DNA of 64,000 nucleotides from Candidatus Dormiibacterota bacterium (GCA_963709585.1 CAVPXI010000007.1:256001-320000); one strand, 5' to 3'. Positions 30,551 to 41,476 are shown, counted from the stretch's first letter. The notes: generated by a model not told the origin, from the sequence alone. Program-made: numbers and translations.

Positions 30551-32863
30551 ATGCGCGTGATAAGGGCGGCTTTCCTGTCCGGAGCCGCGATTGGCGTCAT
30601 GCTGACGGCGGGCTGTGCGTCGACCGCTGCAGTGACGCCAGCCCACACCGCCACAGGCCCACCGGCGACCGCCGTTGCACCACCCGGGTGGGTCGCGCTC
30701 AGCGGCAGCCCCGGCGCTCCGGCGGTCAATCCGATGACAGCCACACTCTACGTGCCGATCCAATGCCCGACTGGAGCGTGCACGACCACGAGCGACGTTG
30801 TCGATGTCATCAGCACATCCCGGTGTAACGCCGAGGTCGCATCCGACTGCCGCGTGGTTGCCGAGGCTAGCGTCGGCGCCAGTCCCCTCGCCACCGCGAT
30901 CGACGAATCGACCGACACGATCTATGTACCCACCAGCTCGGGCACCACCTCGGTGCTCAACGGAGCGCGCTGCAATGCGACAGTGACCAGTAGCTGCGCC
31001 AAGCCGGTGGCGACCATCGGCGTTGGCGGGGTCGCCGCAGCCTTCAATTCGGTGACCCAGACGCTATACGTGGCCGACCCAGGGGCCGGGATCCACGTGA
31101 TTGACGGCGCCACGTGCAATGCGGTCAAAACCTCGGGATGCGGGCAACCGTCCAAGTCGGTGGCGGACGGCGCCGGTCCTCAAGCCCTCGACATCGACCT
31201 GGCCACCGACACGGTGTACGCCGTCAACAATGGATCGGGCAACGGGGACACCGTGTCGGTGATCGACGGGATGACCTGCAACGGGAGCGATGCGAGTGGT
31301 TGCGGCCAAACTCCGCACACGATCACCGTGGGCAGTGGAGCCTTTTGGGACGCAGTCGACCAAGCCACTGACACTGTCTACGTCACGAACAACAACGATG
31401 GGACGGTCTCGATCATCGACGGCGCTCAGTGCAACTCGACGATCACGTCCGGCTGCGGCGACGCACCGCCGGCTGTCCCAACCGGCGCCGGGGCAGCCAA
31501 CGTTGCGATCGACAGCTCACTGCACACGCTCTTCGCGGTCAACTCGGATAACGACACGCTGTCGGCAATCGACACGAGCACGTGCAACGGCGCGTCGACA
31601 GCCGGCTGCCCGAAGCTGGCACCCAGCGCGCAGGCCGGACCCAATCAGGGGCCAGGATACAATGGGTTCCCCCAGGCTATCGCGCTTTTCCCGCAGAGCG
31701 CCACCGCGTACCTGGTGAACGTCGGGGGATCAGACATCCTCGCGGCGGTGAGCATCAGCAGCTGCAGCGCGGCGGACACCTCGGGCTGCCGCGTCCCGGC
31801 CGCGAGTGTGACGAGCCCTGAGTTCGAGGCATCCATCGACACGTCTACCGACACCATCTACGCCAGCAACGACGCCCTGCCCGAGATCGACGTGCTCAAC
31901 GGCGCCACCTGTAACGGCACGCACCTGTTCGGGTGCGCTCCCGTCGCCGAAATCCCGATGGCGAGTCCCAGTGCCGCTCTCGGTGCGATCGATGACGCCA
32001 CCAACACGCTCTATGCCTCCGACCCGTCCGGTTCAACAGTCTCCGTGATCGATACTGCCGCCTGTAATGCCACCCATACCGCCGGATGTCCGCGTAAACC
32101 TGCGACGATCACCGTCGGCGAGGCACCGGGACCACCGGTGCTCGACACGGCGACCCAGACCCTCTATCTGCCCTTTGGGGCCAGTGCAAATCAGGTGGAT
32201 GTCGTGAATGTGGCCTCCTGTAACGCTGAGGTCGCTTCGGGCTGCGGGAAGACTCAAGGCGTCGTCAATGTCGGCGAGGGGACGGACACTCTGGGACTGA
32301 GCGCCAAGACCGACACGATCTACGCGCCTGGTGTCGGGGTTCCCTTTGCCACGGGAAATACGGTTTCGGTGATCAACGGAGCGACCTGCAACGGCACCAA
32401 CCACTCCGGCTGCAGCCACGTGGCCGCGACTGTGACCGTCGGGCTTGGTCCCTACGGGGTCGCCGTGGACGACGCAACAAATACCGTCTACGTGACGAAC
32501 GATGGAAGCGGTGACGTGCCCGGGACCGTGTCGGTGATCAACGGCGCCGCGTGCAACGGCGCCGATATCGCAGGTTGCGCGGGACCCATCCCCACGGCCT
32601 CGGTCGGCCGGGCGCCTCACCTGGCTGTCGTCGACCCCAGCACAAACATCGTGTACATCACCGATCACGGTGGCGGAGCGGTGTCAGAGCTCAACGGAGC
32701 CACATGCAATGCGATAGTCATGAGTGGCTGCAGTACCGCCGCGGGCTTGCAGGTGACGGTTTCTGAACCGGTCGGACTGGCGGTGAATCCTGCGACCAAT
32801 ACCGTCTACGCAATGACATCCCTGGTGCCCGGCGCAATGTCGATATTCGGCGGCGAACCCTAG
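30551..32863 (+). CDS. YncE/YVTN-type beta-propeller lipoprotein with 13 CX7C loops
   Basis: Lipobox LTAGC; repeated D..TDTVYV.N....VSVIDGATCN....GC units. Confidence 0.85.
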   Translation: MRVIRAAFLSGAAIGVMLTAGCASTAAVTPAHTATGPPATAVAPPGWVALSGSPGAPAVNPMTATLYVPIQCPTGACTTTSDVVDVISTSRCNAEVASDCRVVAEASVGASPLATAIDESTDTIYVPTSSGTTSVLNGARCNATVTSSCAKPVATIGVGGVAAAFNSVTQTLYVADPGAGIHVIDGATCNAVKTSGCGQPSKSVADGAGPQALDIDLATDTVYAVNNGSGNGDTVSVIDGMTCNGSDASGCGQTPHTITVGSGAFWDAVDQATDTVYVTNNNDGTVSIIDGAQCNSTITSGCGDAPPAVPTGAGAANVAIDSSLHTLFAVNSDNDTLSAIDTSTCNGASTAGCPKLAPSAQAGPNQGPGYNGFPQAIALFPQSATAYLVNVGGSDILAAVSISSCSAADTSGCRVPAASVTSPEFEASIDTSTDTIYASNDALPEIDVLNGATCNGTHLFGCAPVAEIPMASPSAALGAIDDATNTLYASDPSGSTVSVIDTAACNATHTAGCPRKPATITVGEAPGPPVLDTATQTLYLPFGASANQVDVVNVASCNAEVASGCGKTQGVVNVGEGTDTLGLSAKTDTIYAPGVGVPFATGNTVSVINGATCNGTNHSGCSHVAATVTVGLGPYGVAVDDATNTVYVTNDGSGDVPGTVSVINGAACNGADIAGCAGPIPTASVGRAPHLAVVDPSTNIVYITDHGGGAVSELNGATCNAIVMSGCSTAAGLQVTVSEPVGLAVNPATNTVYAMTSLVPGAMSIFGGEP

Positions 32864-32912
32864 GCGGATCGCTCGCCCCTGTCGAGGTTTGACCCACGGA
32901 GGGCTGCCTCGA

Positions 32913-34962
32913 TCAGCGATCTTCTCCGGGAACGTTGCAGTATGCAAGCACCTGAGCCGGAAACGTCTTGACGTCGATCGGCTTGACGATGACCCCAGCA
33001 AAGCCGGCGCGCGCAAATCGGTCCCGATCGATCGCCATCACTGATGCTGTCACCGCAACCACGGTCGTGCCGGTCGTAGCCGGATCGGCTCTCAGGTGTT
33101 CGAGCGCAGTGACGCCGCTCATGCGTGGGAGCTCGATGTCCATGAGAATGATGTCGGGAGCCGCCGTCGCCGCGATTTCGAGTCCATGTTGGGCGTCGGC
33201 TGCCTCGAGTGTGCGGAAGCCGTAAAGCCGCAGGAGGTCGCGGGTGAGCGTGAGATTCTTCTCATTGTCCTCGATTATGAGCACCAGCTGACCGTTCGCG
33301 CGGTGGCTCACAAGAGAGCTGGCGCCGTTTCCAGGGGCTCGTTCGATGATGGCTGGATCTACCGGGCCGACACGGTCATTAGAAACGCTAGAGGCGGTGG
33401 ATCGACGGGACATCGGCAAACTGAACGTGAAGGTGCTGCCATGCCCGACTGCGCTCTCCACGTTGAGTTGGCCGCCGTGCAACTCAACGAAACGCCGCGA
33501 CAATGCGAGTCCCAACCCCGTCCCCTCCTGCACGGTGAATCCGCCAACCTGTTCGAAGTTTTCGAATATCCGTGCCTGATCCGTGGGTGCGATGCCGACG
33601 CCATCGTCGCGTACGCTGATCACAATCGCATCGCCGAGGTAACGTGCGATGACGTCGACGTGCCCGCCTCGATCGGTGAAGTTCAGCGCGTTCGAGAGCA
33701 GGTTGAAGAGCACCTGCTTGAGGAGTCGCTCGTCTGCCTCGACCAGGCCAACATTCGGGTCCACGTCGAGCCGCAGCGCGATGCCCTGCCGGGTGGCTCG
33801 CTCGCGCAAGAGTTCAGTCGCATTCTGCAGCATCTCATCCAGAGCGAAGCGGCTCAGCTGCAGCTGCATGCGCCCCGCCTCGATCTTTGACAGATCGAGG
33901 ACATCGTTGATGAGCGTCAACAGATGCCGAACTCGACGTCTGGATGGCAGTCACATACTGCGTCTGCTTCTCATTGAGATCGCCGACCATCTGCTCATGC
34001 AGAAGATCGGAGAAGCCGATCACGGCGTTGAGCGGCGTCCGCAGCTCGTGGGACATGTTCGCCAGGAAGTCCGTCTTGTGCTTGCTTGCCGCCTCAACCT
34101 CCTGATACAGGCGCCCCAGCTCGTCGTTCATGCGGTTGAGGTTTGCCGCCAGCTCACCCAGCTCGTCGCGATTCGGCACATCGACGTGCCCCGAGAAGTC
34201 GCCGGCGGCGATCGCCGCCAGTTTCGCATTCACCTTCCGGATTGGCCCGAGGAGCATCCTGGAGAGGATGAACGCGAGAAGTACGGCAAGCACTGCGCTC
34301 GCGGCGGCAACGCCGATGAACAGGTGCTGGGAGCCGAGATATGAGGCAGTGTTCTGCTCGGGTAGGTCCGTTGATAACTCTTGAGTATTGACGACCAGTT
34401 TGTCGGCGTCAGCGGCCAGGATATTGTTGTAATCCATGTCTGGGAGGTTGTTGTCGTACGTAGCGTTCAGGTCACCCCACTCGAGCGCCGCCATGTCCTT
34501 GGAGATCGCGCCATATTTCGAGTGGATATCAGTGAGGAGGTTCAATTCGTTGGAGGGGGGCGTGAAACCGAGCGCGTCGAGTTCGGTCTTGGGCTCCATT
34601 GACTCGAGTGTTGAGGCGATCTCGCCGTCATACTCCGCGAGTTGAGGGAGCGAAGCGCTTTCACTCGATGCTCCACAATTTCCGTTGAGGAAACACTCAA
34701 CAACGAGCGCGCTCCGGTGCTGCAACTCGACGCCGAGGTGCACGCTGTCGTCCAGGAGCTGCTGATATGCCGCCAGGCGTTGGGGCAATTGACTGAGCGT
34801 TCCGGCGCGGGTGTTCGACTGACTCAGGACGCCCAGACCCAACGCGCCAACCGTTACCAACAGGGCCACGATAACCGCAAAGGCAAACAGAAGCTTGCGT
34901 TGCAAGGAGGTGGAAATACGCGCGATGGCGCGTACCAGCAAGTTGTCAGCGGGCGTGGCCAC
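32913..34962 (-). pseudogene. hybrid sensor histidine kinase (TM-HAMP-HisKA-HATPase-REC), +1 frameshift at ~33930
   Basis: HAMP RDELGELA, H-box FLANMSHELRTPL, then a frame change to LINDVLDLSKIEAG, N/G boxes and a C-terminal REC. Confidence 0.85.
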
Positions 34963-35025
34963 AACTCCGCCGGCATCCTCTCACGGACGGCCTTCTCTGG
35001 GGAATGGGCAACGGGTTGCTTGCGC

Positions 35026-36906
35026 TCAGGACCAACGCCAGTTCTCCGGGTAGATCTGCAACAGCGGATCCTGAGGGAGGGTGCCCCGCAGGGCCTTGTT
35101 GATCATGGACAGCTGCCCGTAAGCAACGGGCAGCCAGATGACCGGCAGTTGCTTCGCGATGTAGTCTTCGTAGGTGTGCAACGCCGACACGTTGTTGCTG
35201 GACTCGGTGGCCAGAATGTCGCTTTCGGCCTGCTGATCACAATAACCACCGGCGTCAGATCCGGCTAGCATCTGGTCGTTGCCTGATCCGCTACACGCCC
35301 AGAGTTCGTCACCGGTTGGGTAGTAATCAGGGGCGTAGAACCAGCCAGCGCCCCAGAACTGCATGTCCCACGTACATGACGTTCCCCCGCACGCGAACGC
35401 GTTGCCAATGACCGTGTTGAATGGCGCGGTGCTCAGGTTGATCTGAATGCCGGCCAATGCGTAGTCGGACCTGAACTGGGCCATCTCCTGGTCCAGCGAG
35501 GACTGTCCGCTCACGTACTGAAGGCCGAATGATGCCTTCGCGCCCTGCGGAATGCCGGCGCCGCAGTGGCCGGTGCCACCGCCCGGGCTGCTGCAGACGC
35601 TCACGCCGCCCACGTTGACGGTCCACCCGTTGGCCTGGAGCAGGGACACGGCAGCACTCGGGTCGTAGGGGTACGGATTGGTCTTCTCGAACGCGTCGAC
35701 GAACTTCGAGGACGGCTTGATCGGCACCGGGCCGTACGTCGGATATCCGTACCCGAAGAAGGCCTTGGCGATGAACGTGTTCTGATCGACCAGATCCTGC
35801 ATCGCCTGTCTGAAGTACAGCTGACTGAAGATCGGTCCACTGGTCGGGTTGGTGAAGTTCTCCGGTACGTAGGTGATCTGCCAACCGGTCCACGGTTGGA
35901 AGTTGTAGATGCTGCTCAGTGAGGCTCTTTGTGGGACGTCATCGTCAGGGATGTACCCGTAGTCGATGCTGGTGTTGGTCACCGAGGTCGCCGCTCTGAG
36001 CTGGTTGAACTCGGTGGTGTCCTCGGTGAACGGAACCTCGTTGAACTGCGTGAGGGTCGGCTTGATCGGTCCGCCGTAGTCGGGGTTCGGCACCATCGAG
36101 ACGTTGCCCGCAGTGTCCATCGACTTCAGCTTCCATGGACCCGAAACCACCTGCCAGAGCGGGTCGGTATCGTAGGTCGAGATGCTGTTCGACTCAAAAT
36201 CGAGGAGCTTGTAGACCGCCTGCGCGCCGGCTGGGGTCTCGTCGTAGTTACCCACCGCGCCGGTCGGCAACTCCTTGTCCCAGACGTGCTGGGGAAGCGG
36301 GGTGATCTGGCTCAGCTCGTTGTAAGTGAAGAAGTACGAGCCGTACGCCTCGGTGAGGTTGAAGGTGATCTGCAGCGGGTTGGTCGGGCTGATCGTCGTG
36401 CTCAGGACATTGTCGGGATAGTTGCTCGCCGAGTAGCCGGCCCAGTCGGCCTTGTTGGCGGTGACCAGGTTCTGCCAGAACTGGATGTCGCGCGCCGTGA
36501 TCTGGGTCCCGTCCGACCACTTCCAGCCTTTGAGGGTGATGGTCACCGACTTGCCGTCCGCGGAGTAGACGGGCGGATCGGCTAGGCTGAGGCTCGTGTT
36601 CAACTGGACCTGGCCGTTGGTGCCGAACCAGTAGAGCGGCCGGTACATGAGGTACTGGAACTGGCTCAAGGTCCCGGTATTGAAATCCTGGTTGCGCACA
36701 AGCGGGAAGATGTAGTTCGGTTGCGCCCCCGGTGACTCCGCGAACGTAGCCGTGGTCTTCTTGACCATCGGGCCGGTGGAGGGGCCGCTGCCGCACGCAG
36801 CGAGCAGCATCGCCCCCAAACCGACCACCGCGGGCCACCCCGTGGCCGTCCTGGCCATCGTCACGGAAGCAATATACCGAGAGCCCAGAGGTACTGCAGC
36901 GCTCAA
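35026..36906 (-). CDS. family 5 (peptide/nickel) ABC substrate-binding lipoprotein, no adjacent permease
   Basis: Lipobox LLAAC, WKWSDG..ITARD, VVSGPWKL, YFRQAMQ. Confidence 0.85.
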   Translation of the reverse strand: MSAAVPLGSRYIASVTMARTATGWPAVVGLGAMLLAACGSGPSTGPMVKKTTATFAESPGAQPNYIFPLVRNQDFNTGTLSQFQYLMYRPLYWFGTNGQVQLNTSLSLADPPVYSADGKSVTITLKGWKWSDGTQITARDIQFWQNLVTANKADWAGYSASNYPDNVLSTTISPTNPLQITFNLTEAYGSYFFTYNELSQITPLPQHVWDKELPTGAVGNYDETPAGAQAVYKLLDFESNSISTYDTDPLWQVVSGPWKLKSMDTAGNVSMVPNPDYGGPIKPTLTQFNEVPFTEDTTEFNQLRAATSVTNTSIDYGYIPDDDVPQRASLSSIYNFQPWTGWQITYVPENFTNPTSGPIFSQLYFRQAMQDLVDQNTFIAKAFFGYGYPTYGPVPIKPSSKFVDAFEKTNPYPYDPSAAVSLLQANGWTVNVGGVSVCSSPGGGTGHCGAGIPQGAKASFGLQYVSGQSSLDQEMAQFRSDYALAGIQINLSTAPFNTVIGNAFACGGTSCTWDMQFWGAGWFYAPDYYPTGDELWACSGSGNDQMLAGSDAGGYCDQQAESDILATESSNNVSALHTYEDYIAKQLPVIWLPVAYGQLSMINKALRGTLPQDPLLQIYPENWRWS

Positions 36907-36946
36907 TCATCAGCCATCACCTCACCTGTCACCCCGTGATGCGCTA

Positions 36947-38017
36947 TCACAGAGTCCGATTCCCGCGCCGTGCCCCGTCTCGACCGTTCATTGCCTGTGA
37001 CGACTGAGCACGGCGCGGGCCGCGATGTGCGCTAGCCCTCGATGTTGACCAGGAAGCCGTGGAAGGAAGCGATGGGGCTTTCGACGTACAAACCCACCAC
37101 GACGTCACCGTTTGGGCTGATGTTCTTAATGAACGTTCCGTCGCCGGCCCTGTGCCGGCATGCGGGTCGTCAAGGGGCGAGAACTGCCAGTCGCGCAACA
37201 GCCATCCATGCGTAGCGCCGCCGCCGTTGATAATGGTGCCGTCGATACTTCCGCGGTGCGAGATCGCGCTCGGCGTCGTGCCCTGTCCGGCGCCGCTGCC
37301 AGCTCCCGGAGCGTTGATGGTCGTGAAGTTCCCCGACGTGTCAACGAAGCCATGGCTGACGTTGTGATTGTCGATGTACTCTCCGACGACTACTCCGGCG
37401 TCGTTCTCACTGGTCAGGATCGTGCCCTGGCCGGCGCTGACGCCGGCGTGAGGCGCATTCACCGTAGTGAAGACGCCAGCGTTGTCCACGAACCCGTGGT
37501 TGACGTTGTTGCTGTCGAGATACTGGCCGACAACCACACCCTTGTCGTTGAGACCCTCTGGAATCGTGCCGGCGCCGCCGGAGCCCACCTTCGGGTCGTT
37601 GATGACGCTGAAGGCGCCTCGAGGCCCTCGCACGAAACCGTGCCAGATCCCGGTGTCATCGATGTATGCGCCGGCGACAGTGTTCGTGTTGTTGATGCCG
37701 GATGGGAACGTGACCCCGGACGTCCCCGGGTAGTCGAACTGGACGACACGCCCTCCGGATATGACGTAGCCGTGATAGCCACCCCCGGCGTCCAGATACG
37801 TACCCGTCATGACCCCGGCGTCATTGACACCGTTGACGTAGCTGCCGAACTTTCCGACGTTGACAGTGAGGTAATGCAGCGACCTATGTGCTGCCTGGGC
37901 CTGCAACGATGACGAGGCCGTGAGGGCGACTCCAGCACTCGCTGTCGCTGCCGCTACGACAAACGTCTTCCGTTTGCGGTTGATGACATCAGTCTGACCG
38001 AGCATGACCACACCCAC
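36947..38017 (-). CDS. secreted protein with HAF-like extracellular repeats (3' end probably frameshifted)
   Basis: Signal peptide plus about 5 repeats G.ND.G.V.G.Y.D....HGF; the sequence loses repeat character after ~37135. Confidence 0.7.
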   Translation of the reverse strand: MGVVMLGQTDVINRKRKTFVVAAATASAGVALTASSSLQAQAAHRSLHYLTVNVGKFGSYVNGVNDAGVMTGTYLDAGGGYHGYVISGGRVVQFDYPGTSGVTFPSGINNTNTVAGAYIDDTGIWHGFVRGPRGAFSVINDPKVGSGGAGTIPEGLNDKGVVVGQYLDSNNVNHGFVDNAGVFTTVNAPHAGVSAGQGTILTSENDAGVVVGEYIDNHNVSHGFVDTSGNFTTINAPGAGSGAGQGTTPSAISHRGSIDGTIINGGGATHGWLLRDWQFSPLDDPHAGTGPATERSLRTSAQTVTSWWVCTSKAPSLPSTASWSTSRASAHRGPRRAQSSQAMNGRDGARRGNRTL

Positions 38018-38614
38018 GCTGCGGGCTGGTCGTTAGCGTGACGGCCGAGTTGCCCGCGTCCGCTTACTCAGGCGGTCACCAGAGGTGCACGCATGTTCAA
38101 CCGGACTGAACATCTCCGACGCGGCGTAGGTGGCAGTGCGCCGGCTCTCCAGTTGGCCGTCGATGGTTCTCGCAAGCGTCCGTCAGCGTGACCTCTGCCT
38201 CCGCGTCGCCAAGAACCCTCGAACTGCGAACCGGGCGGCGGTAGGCTCCGGGCATGAACGCGCGTACAACGCATGCCAGATGGACTGATGAGACGTCAGT
38301 CGCGGCTAGCGCAGACCTCTGCAGAATGCTGAGGCCAGTCGCGATCGGCGGGGCCTGGATGTGTCTAATGCCAGATTAGTCGCTCGAACTCCTGGCGTCG
38401 GCATCGCCACCCTCGAACTCAAACGTATTGGCTGATCCGACAACTCCGATGCTCGCGATCGACTGCTCGATAAGCAATCGCTGGCTAACCGCCATCTTGG
38501 GATCGATGAGGAGTTGGGCCCCCAATCGCGCAGGCTCGGTCGCCGCGGAATTGAACCGCTCGGATGCTCCCGCTTCGACACCTGAGCGCCGTGGCATGCG
38601 CGGGGCGGCTTCTC

Positions 38615-38870
38615 CTAGGTTCTGTCACGCACTTCATGAGCCTCGAGTGCGCCTTCGACGAACCCCGCCCGCCAGAACCGATCGTCGTGCCCGTGCCAGT
38701 CATCGTTCCAGAGTGTTTGCCACTTCCTAAGTGCGGTCGAGCCGATCTCATCGGCGAGCTTGAGACATCGCTGCCAGTGCCTCATTTCCACACTTGCGGG
38801 ACCGAATCCCTGCTGCTCGTACATGTAGCGGAGCTGGTCGAGCTCTGATCGCTGTGCTTGGTCGCGCGCC
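38615..38870 (-). CDS. hypothetical protein (start uncertain)
   Basis: Protein-like composition ending FWRAGFVEGAL; no recognised family. Confidence 0.3.
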
Positions 38871-39375
38871 CAGCGCCGGCCACATTCCTTGCCCCGCGCG
38901 CGGTCGACTGCGTGATCAGGCATGCTAGCGCAGTGTAGGCGCGCACCGCTTACCACGCGCGCGCGCCGCTGTGGGGAGTTTAGGAATCCCGTCACCCGTC
39001 TGGACAGCGCGAGCATGCTACTTGTTACTGCAATTGTTACGTGGCGAGCCGAGAACTCTCAATAGAACCTGCGCCAGACACTGGCACATGGCCAGGCCGA
39101 GGTCCGCTGAGGAGACTCGACGGGCTGCGATCAACCCACCCGCTGACGGCGATGTCCTCGCCGTTCAATGCGGTTGCCATCCTTCCGAACCCTTTATTGA
39201 CGCTCGCTACAGTCGCTCTCGAATCGCGCAGGGCGAAGTCGCAGGCTGGCGGGACGATGACCGGCATTCGCGAAAGGAACTGGCCGCGCCAGCCTAAGCG
39301 CTGATTCCCGCACGACGTCTGTGTCCTTTGCGCGAGCGCTTGCGCGGCCTGTGTTATAGCCACGGGTGACTAGAA

Positions 39376-39417
39376 GTCCGGAGGCGCGGACTCGAACCGC
39401 GGGCCCCTGGTCCCCCA
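39376..39417 (-). other. degenerate 3' half of tRNA-Pro(GGG), att-site-like remnant
   Basis: Minus strand TGGGGGACCAGGGGCCCGCGGTTCGAGTCCGCGCCTCCGGAC contains the T-arm CGCGG-TTCGAGT-CCGCG; no 5' half. Confidence 0.55.
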
Positions 39418-39445
39418 GATTTTAGAGTGCAACCTTCGGTGATTG

Positions 39446-40057
39446 CTACAAGACTTTGTCGCTTCCACCTATTCGCGGCTGGACTTCGCGCACGACTTCG
39501 TAAGTGATGAAGACGAGGCCGTCCCCGACGATCCGGGTGTCGACGAGGCGCATTGGCTTCTTGTCGCTGGTCTCGCCGAAAAGGCGTTCGCCGGCCCCGA
39601 GCACGACCGGGTAGACCATCAACCGCAGCTGGTCGACGAGGTCGTGCTCCATCAGCGTGTGCACGAGGTGACCGCTTGCGGCGACGACGATTTCCCCGTC
39701 CAGCTTCTGCCTCAGCTTCGAGACCTCATTCACCACATCGCCGGTCAGGACCGTGGAGTTGTTCCAGGCGGGATCTACGAGCGTGGAGGACACAACATAC
39801 TTGGGCATGCTGTTCAACCTGTCCGCCCACTCGCCCGTTCGGGATGGCCACCGGGCCGCCAAGAACTCATAGCTCCGCCGACCCAACAGGAAGGCCTCGG
39901 CACCGAGCGCCTCGGCGAACCCGACCTTGGCCCAGCCCTCGCGGTCCTTGTCCCCAATCTGGGCGAACCATCCGCCATACCTGAAGCCCTCCTCACCGGT
40001 CGGGTCCTGGACGACTCCGTCGAGCGTGACGTTCTCGCTGACCACGATCTTTCCCAT
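39446..40057 (-). CDS. dihydrofolate reductase family (RibD C-terminal domain) protein
   Basis: TLDGVVQ.P, LLGRRSYE, PKYVVSSTL, PVVLGAG.RLF. Confidence 0.9.
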   Translation of the reverse strand: MGKIVVSENVTLDGVVQDPTGEEGFRYGGWFAQIGDKDREGWAKVGFAEALGAEAFLLGRRSYEFLAARWPSRTGEWADRLNSMPKYVVSSTLVDPAWNNSTVLTGDVVNEVSKLRQKLDGEIVVAASGHLVHTLMEHDLVDQLRLMVYPVVLGAGERLFGETSDKKPMRLVDTRIVGDGLVFITYEVVREVQPRIGGSDKVL

Positions 40058-40128
40058 TTCGGTTCTCCCGTCGTTGGTGGTAATCGAGTCACTACTGATG
40101 TAGGGGCGCGACGCGTCCTACATTTGTT

Positions 40129-40689
40129 CTAGTCGACGGAGTCTCCGGGTCGGACGCCGGCCTTCGCATAGGGCATTCCGCTGCCAGTAGTGATCAGACT
40201 GGGCAAACTCGTGCGCATGAGGGATCCCCACGCGTTCGAGCAGACGTCAAAACACTCGAACTGGGACTGAAGTCCGATGTGGGTGAAGAGAACTTCTGTC
40301 TGTCCGTTCTGGCGGCTGATCTCAAAGCAAATCGTGGTACCGACCCACTCAGCTTGATCCTCGACAAAGTTCATGTGGTTTTCAAGGACGAGCCAGGCGA
40401 CGTTCTTGTTGGCCACGAGTTCGATGACTCGAAGTTTGCTGTAGTGGACGTCCTGGACACGGTACGTAAACTCGTCACCGACCCTCTGGCTACTGCCTTG
40501 GACGTCTTCACCCCACCATCCGCGAACGTCGTTGATGGCGTCGAAGACCTCTTTTGGGTTCTGGTCAACCCTAAATGAGACGGCATAATTGCTCACAGGT
40601 TCCGTCCTTGCCGTTAGTTCAGCGTGGGAGTGAGCTGGCAGCAATTCGTCTTCTCTCTGAGTAGTGCCTGTTTTATCCGCGACTGTCAC
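40129..40689 (-). CDS. SRPBCC/AHSA1-like domain protein
   Basis: VFDAINDVRGWW, EWVGTTI.FEI, FTHIGL..ECFDVCSNAW; AGGAGG SD. Confidence 0.85.
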   Translation of the reverse strand: MTVADKTGTTQREDELLPAHSHAELTARTEPVSNYAVSFRVDQNPKEVFDAINDVRGWWGEDVQGSSQRVGDEFTYRVQDVHYSKLRVIELVANKNVAWLVLENHMNFVEDQAEWVGTTICFEISRQNGQTEVLFTHIGLQSQFECFDVCSNAWGSLMRTSLPSLITTGSGMPYAKAGVRPGDSVD

Positions 40690-40735
40690 GACGTCCTCCT
40701 TATGAGTACGGGCTTGGGCAGGATCCCTACCCCGA

Positions 40736-40780
40736 TTGCATGATGCAAGTGAGGATACCAGATAGACTTGCATCATGCAA
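40736..40780. promoter_or_regulatory. tandem palindromic operator, probably for the HxlR regulator
   Basis: TTGCATGATGCAAGT (40736-40750) and ACTTGCATCATGCAA (40766-40780) form a perfect 15-bp inverted repeat, each half itself near-palindromic, between divergent genes. Confidence 0.65.
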
Positions 40781-40802
40781 GCTCTGATGGTAGGCTGAGA
40801 GC

Positions 40803-41366
40803 ATGCTCGGGAAAACCTATGACACTCAGGTGTGCTCGGCCGCTCGAGCGCTCGAACTCGTGGGCGAGCGGTGGAGCCTGCTGATCATCAGGGACGCGCT
40901 GTTCGCCTGCGCCACCCGGTTCAACGACTTCCTCAAGCTCGGAATCGCAACGAACATCCTCCAGAACCGCCTGGATGGATTCGTCGACGCCGGAATCATG
41001 GAGCGCCGGAACTACTCCCAGAAAACGGAACACTATGAATACCTGCTGACCGACAAGGGTCGCGACCTGGCTCCCGCCATCGTCTCGCTGACCGAATGGG
41101 GCGACCGCTGGGCGGCCCCCAACGGCCCACCCGTGCTCTACGTGCATTCCGTCTGCGGTGCTGCGATAACCCAGCAGACCACCTGCGCCAGTTGCGGCCA
41201 GGTGCACGATCCCACAGAGATTCACATACGACCAGGCCCCGGCATGCCCGCCGACATCGCCGCGCGTATGCGCAGACCGATTGTCACGGGCGGTGTCGTC
41301 GTCCGAAACAGCGCCAGCCAGACTGGAAGGGTCAACAGAAACATCCCGCGCCAACGAACCTCGTAA
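40803..41366 (+). CDS. HxlR-family winged-helix transcriptional regulator
   Basis: CSAARALELVGERWSLLIIRDA..RFNDF..YEYLLTDKG..EWGDRW. Confidence 0.9.
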   Translation: MLGKTYDTQVCSAARALELVGERWSLLIIRDALFACATRFNDFLKLGIATNILQNRLDGFVDAGIMERRNYSQKTEHYEYLLTDKGRDLAPAIVSLTEWGDRWAAPNGPPVLYVHSVCGAAITQQTTCASCGQVHDPTEIHIRPGPGMPADIAARMRRPIVTGGVVVRNSASQTGRVNRNIPRQRTS

Positions 41367-41476
41367 CTTGCTTGGGACGCGGCAATTCAAAGCCGCCAGG
41401 GCATTCGCCATCGGTCCTAGAAGTCCGCCAAGTGGCAAACTGAGCCGTAATGTTGCGTCGCCTGTTCACCTGGCGG

